A stretch of DNA of 64,000 bases from the human T2T-CHM13v2.0 reference genome, Homo sapiens: the NCBI RefSeq assembly GCF_009914755.1, contig NC_060936.1. One strand, given 5' to 3'. Positions 10,501-23,600 of the stretch are shown piece by piece (the stretch's first letter is position 1; the number at the start of each line of letters is the position of its first letter). The position numbers and the translations under genes are program-made. Under the pieces are notes generated by a model. It saw only the letters and a program-made list of their open reading frames with translations. It was not told the origin of the DNA and did not search any database.

Positions 10501-13500
10501 ATTCTAAAGCTTATGCTCACAATGATTCTTGAAGATCCACACTGGTCTGATATAAGTCCACGTACATGTAGCATTGCACAGTTACGTTCAGCATGATCTG
10601 AGTCTTTTATCCTGTAATGGAGAAAAATCCATAATTCTGTTACATTTTATGCAAATGACCCATGAGACAAAAGCATTTTCCATGTACTGTAAGAAAATAA
10701 TTTTATGAAAAAGGGTAATTAAATTTTTCATATGCTATTACTAAAAGTCATTATTCTGAACACTCAATACAGTACTCCCCCTTCATCCACGGGGGATATG
10801 TTTCAAGACCCCACTGAATGTCTGAAATAGTACAGAACCTATAGAGAGATTATGTTTTCTCTACACATTCATAACTGTGATAAAGTTTAATTTAAAAATT
10901 AGGCACAATAAGAGATTGACAACAATAACTACTAATAAAAAATTGTAAGCAATATACCAACAGCACTACTATTGTGCTTTGAGGATATTCTTAAGTAAAA
11001 TAAGGGTGACTTTTTAATGAAAACAAGCACTGCAATTCCCTGATAGTCCATCTCAAGCTTGTCTAACTTACGGCCCATGGGCCGCATGTGGCCCAGGAAG
11101 CTTTCAATGCGGCCCAACACAAATACATAAGCTTTCTTAAAACATTCTGAGATATTTTTGCAATTTTTTTGTTTAGCTCATCAGCTAGCGTTAGTGTTAG
11201 TGTCTTTTATGTGTGGCCCAAGACTCTTCTTCTTCCAATGTGGCCCACAGAAGCCAAAGATTAGACACCCCTGGTCCATCTCATAACCAAGAAAGTTACT
11301 AGCTGACCAATGAGTGGTGGACATATATGGACTACTATGGTCTATTGTAAAATATTTGTATCAACATTTCACTAACTTTCCACATCTTTCTTCATATCAA
11401 TGATTCCACATAGATTTATTCATATTATTCTTCTGAATTTATCCTTTATATTTTTTTATATAGCACCCTATAAAACAACTTACTCATGTTTGAAAGCCAA
11501 ACCATTTATTGTCACCCATGGATGATGACTGCTGTTACGAAACACACCAATCCATGAGGAAGGTAAAATGCTGGCCAGAAATTTCTAAAAGAAAAGAAAT
11601 AATTTTCACTTAAATAATAATTATGAAAACATTACAAAAACAATATATTAAAGTTGAAAACCACTATTTGCAGTGCCAAAAACTTTCATAAATGTTTGAA
11701 TTTTTTATTTAAATGAACTCTTCAACGTTTATACTTAGTACTTTCATTCTTATTCTCATGTTAATAAAGACATTTTAATTCTTGCAATGTAATAGTTACT
11801 CCAATTAACAGAATAAACACAGGAAGGGTTTTAATAAGTTTCCTGATACTGTGCATTCATTTCTCCAGATACTGTGACTAAATCAATCTATTTTTGTGCT
11901 ATATTTCTCAGAGTTGGAGATTTAGAAGGGAATTGAGGGGTTGTCATTCAGAAATAAATGACATGGAAGCTACAGATTGGGTTTCCTTGGTACCACACCA
12001 TTCTTTAACTAGATAAGCCCTCAATTTTTATCCGATTCGGTTTTTGTGGAATAACAGGGGTCCTGGCCAGGTGGTGTAGACTCGTCTCTCTCTGCTACTC
12101 CCTACTAAAAACAACTATAAACTCTGGGATTAATGAAAGACAAAAGTAATGGAGAACTCTGAAAGGTGGAAAGAGAAAGATGAAATTGTCTGGGACCCTA
12201 GCATCAGGGATCAACCAAGTGTCCGAGTGAGCATGTTAAGTCCTCCACACGACAGAAGAAGGTGACCTAGGCCTGCTGTTTCCCTACACCCAACCTGGCA
12301 ATAGGAGGAGGGTATCGAAGGAGAGTCCCCTCCACAATACCAGGCAAGGCTGGTGCCACTGGCAAGGATGATCTACCAGGAGACCTGCCACCAATACGGA
12401 GCTAGAGAAAGTGCTTCCTTCTCATACCAGGAGACACCAGGGTGGTTGTGGGTGAGGAGGATCAGGAAAGGGACCCACGACTACCAATGCACCATCCAGG
12501 GTCCTCTTTGCCCCTGAGGGCATGAGACTCACTTCCCCATCTAGAGACATAAGACAGAATGAATTCTTAGTGTTCTTTGTACATAGTACAGCAGTGAACA
12601 GTAACAAACTACAGATAACCGCAATAATATGGAGGAATTCCACAAATATCAGATAGGAGTGAAAAAGACAGACATGAAATTCACACTGTATAATTCCGTT
12701 TTTTATAAATTCAAGAACAGGCAAACCTTATTTATAACTTCAAAAGTCAAGACAGTGTTTTGGAGAGGAGTCAGGATAAGTGATGAGGGCATACACAGGG
12801 GTGGAACTGCTAGAGCTGGAAACTTATTTCATGATCTCACTTGTATCACATGAGATCATTCACTTTGTGATCAATCTGCATGACTAGATCATATCATGCT
12901 CAATAAAATTAAATAGTAAAATTTATTGTGGATTCAAAGCATTAATAGAAGCATGGTTTTCCATAAAAGGCAAAAACTGAAAATAAAAGTACATTAGCGG
13001 TATATAACTTTAAAAACATTATTAAGTCAATCAACTGAATAATGCATACACTTGAAAATATATAAGCTAAATATATGTACACACATATGGATGTTTTCTA
13101 CAAATGTATTATTCACTGAAAGAAGCTTTTCATAAAATGTTTGAAACATTTACATCTTACCATTTCTTCTTCATTATCTATAGAAAGCAGACTAGAAGAG
13201 TTCTTTGAAGCACAGGCCTGCAAACTCTCTTCCCAAGTTCTTCTTTCCTTACCAATGTAGTAACAACTGTTGGAATATGTAATCCACTCCTCAGGACAAT
13301 GGCCACAAGGACGTGCTAATAAACATATGAATTACTATCTAGACCAATATGAATTTTTAAAAATGAAAATTAGTTTACATATTTGCAACAGTATGAACAT
13401 ATATGTGCTTAACATATTTATGCATCCTTACAGGCTTATAAGTATATATTTTTTAATAACTGAGTCAGTCATACACACATACACAGAAAAGGGTTAGCCT

Positions 13501-15372
13501 CTCTCCCCTAATTGTGTTCCCATATAAAGCAAACCAACAAACAAAAATACACTCCACACATGTCTTGAACCTCACTGATACACAACTGCTTTTTTAGGAT
13601 AGTAAAATTATTTATTTGGTATCATCTCACAGCAGTAGGAGACTTCTGTTAATTGGGAGAAAGAGGGTAGAATGATTTTAAGTGAGTATTTCTACTTACT
13701 GGAGAAAAGGAAATGCTGCCTTATAATCTTTGTTTATAAATATTTATGGCTGAATTTTATGGCTTATTTTCTGCAAAAATGCCACTATTCTTTTACATGC
13801 CTTAAAACAGACACAAAATATAAATTGTACTAATATCAGAACATTGAAAATAAAAATGTACCTTTCTGCGTTCTTGTATTCGGGGAAGAATTGTTCTGCT
13901 CCAGGACTGTAATAGAAAAATTAAAATGATTTTTTTAAAAACTGATATCTAGATAAACCATAACGAGTTTAGTTTCTTACTTTGAAACTTTGTGTGTTAT
14001 TTAAAATGGGGAGAATCTTTAATAAAGTTAACTTTTTCTATAAAAATACATAAAGTAATAGACCTTTGAAATAAACATTTTTAAAGACTTTAGCACAAAA
14101 CTTCACCATCTCTTGTAGTATTTGATGTAACCACTTTCAAAAATTAATTTGTTTTTCTAAATACTTTTCTTCTATAGCATGCCTTTGAATTATGAAATCA
14201 GAAAATATCTTTGTGTGTGTATGTATATACATATATATAGATTACACACAAAAAATAAACACATGTTCTCTACAATGATTTTGTTATTTATGTTGTGAAA
14301 AATTCAGAATAACCATATTATTTTGGTTCCAAATTGTACTAATATCAGAACTTTGAAAATAAAAATGTACTTTTCTGGGTTCTTGTATTTGGGGAAGAAT
14401 TGTTCTGCTCCAGGACTGTAATAGAAAAATTAAAATGATTTTTATAAAAAGTAATATTTAGATAAACCATAATGAGTTTAGTTTCTTACTTTGAAACTTT
14501 GTGTGTTATTTAAAATGGGGACAATCTTTAATAAAATTAACTTTTTCTATAAAAATAAATGAAGTAATAGATCTTTGAAAGAAACAGTAAAATAAGAGTT
14601 CTATTCTTCAACAGTATGAAATATTTTGAGGCACTTCCAAGCATTAAAGTAAAACGTTCCCTTCTAATCTTTCAAGAATATGCTTACAAGGAATAAGAAC
14701 TATTGTTTTTAACACAGTGGCCATCAGGACAATGCAAATGATTCCTAGGACCTCGGCAGTGAGCTTCTCTGGAGGTGGCAGTAAACCTGCAGGGAGAGAA
14801 ATAGAGGCACTGAGAGAGGGGAGATAGAGAGTTGATTAGGATTACATACTAGAGAATTACATACTAGAGAACCCACATGCACAGGGAAACATAATGATAA
14901 ACTCTGGCCTCTAAATCTACATCTACTCTAGTAATCTTTCTCTCAGAATATACCATTTCATTTTCAGTAAATGTAATGTTCCATGAGTGGATTGCAGATT
15001 ACAGTTGATTACAGTTGAACAATGCCTGAATAAAATTAGTCTTCTGATTTCATATTAGAATTTTAGATCCCATTTATGAACTCTGATTCTCACAAGTGTA
15101 AAATATTCCCTAATCTTTCCTCACCCTTCTGCATTCAACTGCACATCCCAGAACAATAACATTGAAGATATATTTAATGTTTTACCTTGGCAGTCATATA
15201 TTTTGTCAATCCCTTGATGATTCAGAGAAGCATTTTGAAGGTTTAATTCTACTTGGAATATTTCCTGTTCGGTTCCTGAAATGGAGCTTTTATTGCCTTT
15301 AGGTTTCCTTTGCTGCCGCTTTGGGTCCTGGGCCAGACTCACTTCTGAGAAGGTTCCTCTTTGTTTATTCAT
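7389..15372 (-). CDS. KLRC3: NKG2-E type II C-type lectin-like receptor (240 aa), Alu-derived last exon
   Basis: Exons 15372-15186 (187), 14786-14688 (99), 13906-13862 (45), 13315-13161 (155, [16 protein letters not shown]), 11584-11484 (101), 10611-10521 (91, [28 protein letters not shown]) and 7433-7389 (45, [14 protein letters not shown]). Total 723 nt = 240 aa. These residues are diagnostic of NKG2E, not NKG2C. Confidence 0.96.
8449..8791 (-). mobile_element. 5'-truncated L1PA 3' end
   Basis: Antisense L1 3'UTR; 15-bp TSD taaagc(g/a)gtactctt at 8434-8448 and 8792-8806; empty site in the KLRC1 unit at ~24117-24131. Confidence 0.92.
9389..9615 (+). mobile_element. 5'-truncated young L1PA 3' end with A-tail
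   Basis: ggggaacatcacacac...gggatagcattaggagatatacctaatgc...cttaaagtataataat plus polyA; absent from the KLRC1 unit (~25020). Confidence 0.92.
10425..15372 (-). CDS. KLRC3: NKG2-H isoform: exon 6 read through its donor
   Basis: Reading past the donor at 10520 gives [31 protein letters not shown] (TAA 10427-10425), the NKG2H C-terminus as I recall it. Confidence 0.85.
11054..11273. mobile_element. MER30-like hAT element nested in the MER44-like element
   Basis: ggcccatgggccgcatgtggcccag...gccaaagattagacacccctg, with 8-bp TSD gtccatct (11046-11053, 11274-11281). Confidence 0.8.
14371..14415 (-). other. Duplicate copy of KLRC3 stalk exon 3
   Basis: 45 nt, TACAG|TCCTGG...CAGAAAA|GTACAT, encodes (F)[14 protein letters not shown]. 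Lies in a ~256-bp direct duplication (14331-14586 vs 13822-14077). Confidence 0.9.
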
Positions 15373-18056
15373 CTCTGCAGCTGTGTGATGTGAGGGACTG
15401 TGCTCTATGATAACTGCACTTAAGAAGCTATAAGTGGTGTATATTTTGACAGGATCCCTGGTATAGGCAATGTGCATGTGTTGGGGCTGAGTAATAATGT
15501 TTACTTTGCTGTTAACCAATGTAAAATTCTGCTACTAATTTCCTAAAGCTTTAAACAAAAATCACATGATATAATTGGCCATTTTTTAGATGTATTCTGT
15601 ATTTGACATAATATTACTAGTGGGAACAATAAAAACATTAAACTTGTGAGAACTAGGAAGTTCATGAAAAAAATTGGTATTAAGGTTAGATTCTTCAAAA
15701 ATGTTTAACACCAATAGACTGCATACTTTAACAATTAAAATACTGTATTTAGAAATACACTAATTTTACCATAGTTTTAAGAGTCATTGATGGTTAATGA
15801 TTGTGTGCCATAAGATAAAATAGTTCTGTCAGCATACAGAGTAACTTCTTATACTAACATACATTGTTAGTGAGTTACATTCATTTATTAAAAGGACCTG
15901 AGGTATTGTCAACTGATTATTTTTCTAAATTAGGAAATCAGAAAAATCATTAAAATTTTAAAAATATATCTTGTAAAACATTACATTACTGTATGCATAA
16001 ATACTATTGAAAACGTATTTTTAAATTGCTGCTTTTACACAAGAAATTGGTAATTGATTTAATGACTAAAATAGGAAAACTTAAAATGATAAATAAACGT
16101 GTGGGCCATCTATGGAAGAATAGTGTCCAATCAAACTTTCAGAAAGCTCCTATGATTGTATAAGTCAGTGAGGGTTGCTTTGGTTGTATAAGTAATTGTA
16201 ATAGTTCAGATAATGTAATTTAATAATCTAGTCAGTGAGCTCTGTAGTCAGTGAGACTACAATTAATTCTAGCTTTGCAAGTTGTAATATGTGACCTGTA
16301 CTAAATTACTTAGTGTCTACTAACCTAGTTTACTAATCTACATTGGGAAAAATAATTTATAAAGTATAATGTATGTAAAAAACTAAACACACAACCTGGC
16401 ACATATTAGCACTGAATACATAATAGATATTTCAACTATTTTTAACACAATTGCCATTTTATTATTTCTGATTTGCATTAGAGTGTGTTAAAATAACTCA
16501 TTAATTAGGCGTCTCATGTCAGTGTGGTACATCTTTTTTGCAATGTTTAGTTCAATTGTTTTAAGTCTTCCAATTGTTTATAATTAAGGTCAGATTTGCA
16601 TTTTATGGAAATGATTTCATCCTTACTTTTATTAAAAATTAAAACTGCTTTCATGAAATCTAGGTGTGTGATTGAGAATTAATGTTTGACATTCACAATT
16701 TGATGTATCCATATTAAAAATTTATTTTTAAAGTTTGGTCTAAATGTAATATACAATTAAACCAGTAATGATTACAAAATCCAAAATTAATTGTTCATTG
16801 TCATGATGGTTATGGGTTTCACTCTAAATTACATGGATTGGCAAACCTATTATTATGTATGCATCTACTTGAGTGATTCTCCAGCGGCAATGATGTCAAT
16901 ACTCTAAGAAATCCTTAAACATAGTTTATATTTTGGCTCGTTTTTCACCTTGAATTATTCACGTGAATAAAGTTCTACCTTGATTTTCGTCTATATCAAC
17001 TTTACCTCAGGTGCATCACAGCCAGTACTTACAATCTTCTACTAAATGAGATGAGCTAGTAGAGAAACAGGGAGAGGAGCAACACTTACCTACTGTCATC
17101 AGAAAGCCACACGCCCTTCAGTGGAGAGGTCAGGTTACCTCTGAAAGACACAAACGTTATCTGTGATCTTCACAGACTGCCCTTTGAAGGGTCAGAGTGA
17201 GGCAAGAGTGGAAAAAGTAGATTCCTCACCAATGTGTCACTGCAGATTTGAACAGGAAATTCTCACCCTAGGGCTATTTTGAATCAGTTTGTCTCATCAC
17301 ACACTTTAGAATATAGGAGACTTTGGGTGGCTAGTGTGTCATTTAGTTTGTCCATTTTAAAGTGCCTCTTAGAAATTATTTTTATGGTCAACAAGATGAG
17401 GGGAGAGCAGAGATTTGATCCATGCTGGTGATTGTTTCCATCTCAGTCACAAACACCAAAGTTTTGTAACTTTTCAAAAGGATCTTAGGTGGTTGCTTTC
17501 TACATTTAGACAAGGTGGCTGAAACTTGACATTATATACTTTTTTATCATATACCCGTATAATATCACTGCTATCATAATAACAAAATTTAAATAATGAT
17601 TTTATCAATAGGAATTTAATGTACTTGTCACTATTTTGAGAAAATGCTGCATTTTCAACTTAATTGTAACTGACATGCATTCTCAAACTTATCTTCTTGC
17701 TTTCTTTGCCTTAGTTCTTAAAATTCCCTCATTCAATTTTTCTTCTTTATATAAGTTAACCAGATTCCTGATTAAAATAAATGTCTCTTGAAAGAATAAA
17801 ATATTAAACAATACTGAGCTATATCTCTATGCCAGAGACTGAAATAATAAAAAAACTACCTACTATATTGTTCACCGGTTCCTTCTCTAATCATGACTTA
17901 CTGTCTGCATTTTAATAGAAATATTTGTTGTAAATGATTATAGCCTAAGTTAAACTATGAAGGGAGGTTAAAGCAATTTTTAAAACATCACCTACTTAAA
18001 AATGGGGAGGCCAGAAAATGGAGATTTTTTAAAACACAAGTAAAATGATACATGAA

Positions 18057-18749
<693 letters not shown>

Positions 18750-19169
18750 TATTCTCTAAAATCTAAAAAGTTGGAATTTAAACCCATATTTATTTCTTTG
18801 CAATGAGAATTATTATTTGCCCTTCCATCAGAATGGCTAATGGTGGCTAGGTATATATGTTTTTCTGTAAAATATATTGTAATATATTTTCACAAAATTA
18901 ATTAATAATGTCATATGCATATATGCTTGTGTTCATATTGTATCTTTTTCTATTACAAGTATATTTATATTTACATTTTATTACATTTTCATAAACTAGG
19001 TTACTTTTTCTATTAGTCACGTTATGGAACTAAAACAATAAAATCATTCACTAAAGATGCCACATAATGTATCATTCACTGATGTTTTCTATTTAAGTTT
19101 GAAGTGCTGATGTCTACTATTGCTACAAACATCCACTTGGTGTTTTCCATTAGTGTTATACCGTTATTG

Positions 19170-20346
19170 TTTGCATAATGACAGGGATACCTCTGAGGAA
19201 TATGTCTTTAGGCAATTTCATCCCTGTGTCAACATCAAAGAGTTTATTTACACAAACCTAGATGGTACAGCTACTACACTCCTGTGTTATATGGGATAGG
19301 CTATTGCTCCAAGGATACAAACCTGTACAATATGTTACTGTTGTGAATAATGCAAGCAGTGACCAGAATGGTAATTTTTGTTTATCTAATTATATATAAA
19401 CCAAAAAACAGTAAAATATGGTTTAAAAAAAGGTTAAAATGGCATCCTTTTATAGGGCACTTACTACGAATGAAGACTGCAGAAATGGAATTTTCCCTGG
19501 GTGAGTCACTGAGTAAGTAGCAAGTGAAAGTCAAGGCCTAGGATATTACAGCACACTACTGTAGGATTTATAGACTGTACACTAGGGTACACTATATTTA
19601 TGCAGCACTTTTTTTCTTGAGCTAATAATAAATTAACTTTACTGCACCTTTGTTGGTTTCTAAATTTTTCATATTTTAAAAATCTTCTGCCTCTTTTTAA
19701 ATACACTTTATTTAAAAACACAAATTGCACAGTCTTAACAACTATTTTCTTTATATTCTTTTTCTACGAGCTTTTTTCTATATTTCATTTTAATTTTTTT
19801 TCTTTTTAAACTTTTTTTAAAAACGAAGACACGAAAACATACATTAGCCTAAGCCTACGCAGTGTCAGCAAGATCAATCTCACTGTCATCCCCTCCACAT
19901 CTTGTCCCACTGGAAGGTTCAGGCAATAACACACGTGCAGCTGTCCTCTCCTATGGTAACAGTGCCTTCTTCTGGAATTCCTCCTGAGGGACCTGCCCAA
20001 GGTTGTTTTTCAGGTAACTGTTTTTATAGAAGTAGAAGGAGTACACTCTAAAATAATAATTAAAAGTATACTACAGTAAATACATAAACCAATAACATTG
20101 TCATTTATTATCATTATCAAATATTATGTAGTGTATGTAATTGTTTGTACTATACTTTTATTCCACTGGCAGCAAAGTAATTTACACCAGCATCACCACA
20201 GACATGTGAATAATACACTGTACTGAAACTATTGCTATGACGTCACTAATTCATAGGAATTTTTCAGCTCCGTTATAATCTAGTGGGACCACTATCTATG
20301 TGCAGTCAGTCATTGACCAAAACATCATTTTGTGGCACGTGACTGT
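19170..20346. mobile_element. Tigger3-like DNA transposon
   Basis: tacacaaacctagatggtacagctactacac near the start; cattgaccaaaacatcattttgtggcacgtgactgta terminus. Confidence 0.75.
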
Positions 20347-20559
20347 ATATCATGTCCTTTGTTAATCGAAATAATACAGATTTCTACTGTTTGGGCATTT
20401 ACTGTGAATGAAGTTTATGCTTATACAAAGGCACAATAAATATATAAAAACAAAACAAAAATTACACAAGATAACTGGAGTACTTAGAATTTATATGATG
20501 TGTGTGTGTGTGTATATATGTTTATGTGACGTAAATACACACACACACACACAGAACTT

Positions 20560-21135
20560 ACGATGATTAATATTAGGTGTCAGCCGGATTGGATTGAAGG
20601 ATGCCTAGATAGCTGGTAAAGTGTTGTTTCTGGCTGTGTCTGTGACGGTGTTGCCAGAGGAGACTGACATTTGACTCAGTGGACTGGGCGAAGAAGACCC
20701 ATCCTCGGTGTGGGTGGGCACCATCCAATGGCTGCCAGAGCGAGTAGAACAAAGCAGCTAGAAGAAGGTGGGGTAAGCTGGCTTGCTGTGTTCGGCTTTC
20801 ATTTTTCTCCCGTGCTGGATGCTTCCTTCGTTCCTCCTGCCCTTGGACATCAGACTCCAGGTTCTTCAGCCTTTGGACTCTTGTACTTACACCAGTGGTT
20901 TTACAGGGGCTCCTGGGCCTTCGGCCACAGACTGAAGGCTGCACTTTTGGCTTCTCTGCTTCTGAGGCTTTTGACTCGGACTGAGCCACTACCGGCTTCT
21001 TTCTTCCCCCAGCTTGCAGATGGCCTATTGTGGGACTTTGCCTTGTGATTGTGTGAGCCAATTCTCCCTAATAAACTCTCTTTCATATATACATGCATCC
21101 TATTAGTTCTGTCCCTCTAGAGAACCCTAACACCG
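20560..21135 (+). mobile_element. MLT2 (ERVL) solo LTR
   Basis: gatgattaatattaggtgtcagccggattggattgaaggatgc start; ctattagttctgtccctctagagaaccctaa end. Confidence 0.82.
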
Positions 21136-21964
21136 AACCTACATATGAATTACTGTGACTATTGCAAATAATGGCAATATCTGGTTTCCTATGGGTTATG
21201 GCTAAGTTGGAAGTCAATAAGAAGTGAAAATATACTTTTAATGTAACATGAAACAAAATAATTTTCAAGGAATTTAAAAAATTGGGGTGAATTAGTTATT
21301 ACAAACTCTAAAGAAAATAAAATTTAAATTTCTTCAATAGATTAAGCACACCTTCCCAATGAAAACTTGGATATTCAAAAAGAAGATGTAAAGGAATTAT
21401 GTGGATATACCTAATTGGATATTGAATAGATAGTGTATTAATGACAAAGTTTCCAACATTGAAATAAATATTTGTATTAGAATTTGGGGAGCAGATACAG
21501 GCTAACTGGTAAATAAAATAGAGAGTAATCTTACTTTGTTTGTACTGCTATAATAAAATATCACAAACTAAGCAATCTATTAACCATACAGATATATTAC
21601 TCACAGTTCAGACAGCAGGGAGGTCCAAGATCAAAGTGCCAGCAGGTGTGTTGTAAATTGTATTAAATTAACAAGTTTCTATGTGGAAAGTAAACAATGA
21701 AAATATTTATTATGAAAACATAAGGGAACAACAGAGTTTAAACACTTGGTAATGTTCAATCAGAATGTAATAAAAATGAAGTTATAATTAATACCTGTGC
21801 TTACATATTTCCATATAAATAAAATACATAAGAATTATATTTTAGATATTGATAATTATATTAAGTATAGAGTAATTTGAATTTAAAAGCAAAGAATGTA
21901 TATATTCAGTAATAACTGTTTGTTGTCTTTATTAGACATGCCTTTCATGTAAGCATAAAGAAAA

Positions 21965-22700
21965 ATGAATATAAAAGTGGAGCTACCATATGATCCAGCA
22001 ATCCCACTCCCAGGTATATACCCAAAAGCAAGAAAATCAGTTTATCTAAGGGATAGCTGTACTCCCATGTTTGTTGCAGCACTGTTCACAATAGCTAAGA
22101 TCTGGAAGCTACCTAAGTGTCCATCAACAGATGAATGGACAAAGAAAATGTGGTATATATAAACAATGGAGCAATATTCAGCCATAAAAAAGGAATGAGA
22201 CCCTGTCATTTGTTATAACATGAATGGAACCAGGGGTCATTATGTTAAATAAAATAAGCCAGTTGCAGGAAGACAATCATCACATGCTCTCACTTACCTG
22301 TGGGATTTAAAAATCACAACAATTGAACTCATGGAGAGAGACAGTAGAAGGATGGTTACCAGAGATTGAGAAGGATAGTGGAAGGGTAGTAGTAGGGAGG
22401 TGAAAATGGTTAATTAATGGGTACGAAAAAAAGATAGAAAGGATGAGTAAGACCTAGTGTTTGATAGCACAACAGGGTCACTACAGTCAATAATAATTTA
22501 ATTGCATATTTTAAAATAACTAAAGAGTATAATTGGATTGTTTGTAACACAAAGGATAAATCCTTAGGGAGATGGATGCATCATTTTTACATGATGTCAT
22601 TATTATGCACTGCATGTCTCCCTCAAAACAGCTCACGGACCCCATAAACATATACCCTACTATGTACGCACTGAAATTAAAATTAAAATATTTAAACAAG
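21965..22700 (+). mobile_element. L1MA-type 3' end
   Basis: ORF2 C-terminal remnant (ELPYDPAIPLPGIYPK...TDEWTKKMWYI) followed by an old-type 3'UTR. Confidence 0.85.
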
Positions 22701-23600
22701 GAAAGATGAAGATAAAATATTTAACAACATATACCATGCCTCACAAACTGGTAGAACACTATTACAGTTGTAATAGTGCCGTCTTAATATAAGGCAAGCC
22801 CTTTACTGGAATTGAGGAAGCATGCTTCACAATGTAAGATTAATTTTCCAAACCACTAGTAATATACATTTTTATCATTGCATGTACCTAATGCTACAAG
22901 TTCAACATACAATTGAATAAAGTGAATAAGTAACAATCATAAATGGAATTTTAAACACTTTTCTCTCAGTGCTTAACACACAAACAGGCCAGAGAGCCGA
23001 TAGAAAGATTTGAACTAGACAAGTAGTTATCACTCATATGCACACGCTCACACACATGTAGAATACTCACATATTTAATTTCACATATTTTTCCCAGATA
23101 CACTGTAATCTCATAATTCTAAGCATATTAGTAAAAAATATAGGACTATGATTTCAATGTAGTACCACTAGCCAAGCTTGGCCAGTGGATAGTTAAAAAA
23201 TAGCTATTCTAATTCAACATTAATTAATGCCAAATAAATAAAATGTAAAACCAGTTTCTCAGCACACTAGCCACATCTTTGCATACAAAGATGAAGAATA
23301 TTTCCAGCTTCATAGAAAATGTTCTAACTACAGTTTACCTACAATAGAAGTCAATAAAAAAATCTGACAACCTCAATGGTTTTAAATTCAGTAATACATA
23401 TCTAAATAACATATGGGTGAAATAAATTATCAAAACGAATGGTCACAATTTTTATATGAATTATAAGGAAAATAGAATGAAAATCTCTCTTGTAAAAACC
23501 GATTGCCCTCAATGTACATATATTACAAAAGATGACCTAAAAATTAAATTACCATTGAATGCACTAAAATAAATTAAAAATAGAAAAGCTAAAATTAAAT

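Noticed and set aside
12422-12853. ORFs conserved between KLRC3 and KLRC1 introns (also 27819-28106)
   Set aside because: Similarity reflects segmental duplication of probable old L1 remnants; frames and stops are not conserved among the three units.
7389-15372. Calling the middle gene KLRC2 because it begins MNKQRGTF...PKRQ
   Set aside because: [28 protein letters not shown], the exon-6 frameshift and the Alu exon all identify NKG2E.
15121-15519. 132-aa ORF suggesting an N-terminally extended NKG2E
   Set aside because: It starts at a non-ATG codon and runs through the promoter/intron and past the donor; only 15372-15186 is exon.
20573-21098. Overlapping 162-, 125- and 65-aa ORFs
   Set aside because: All lie within the MLT2 LTR, where GC-richer sequence gives chance ORFs.
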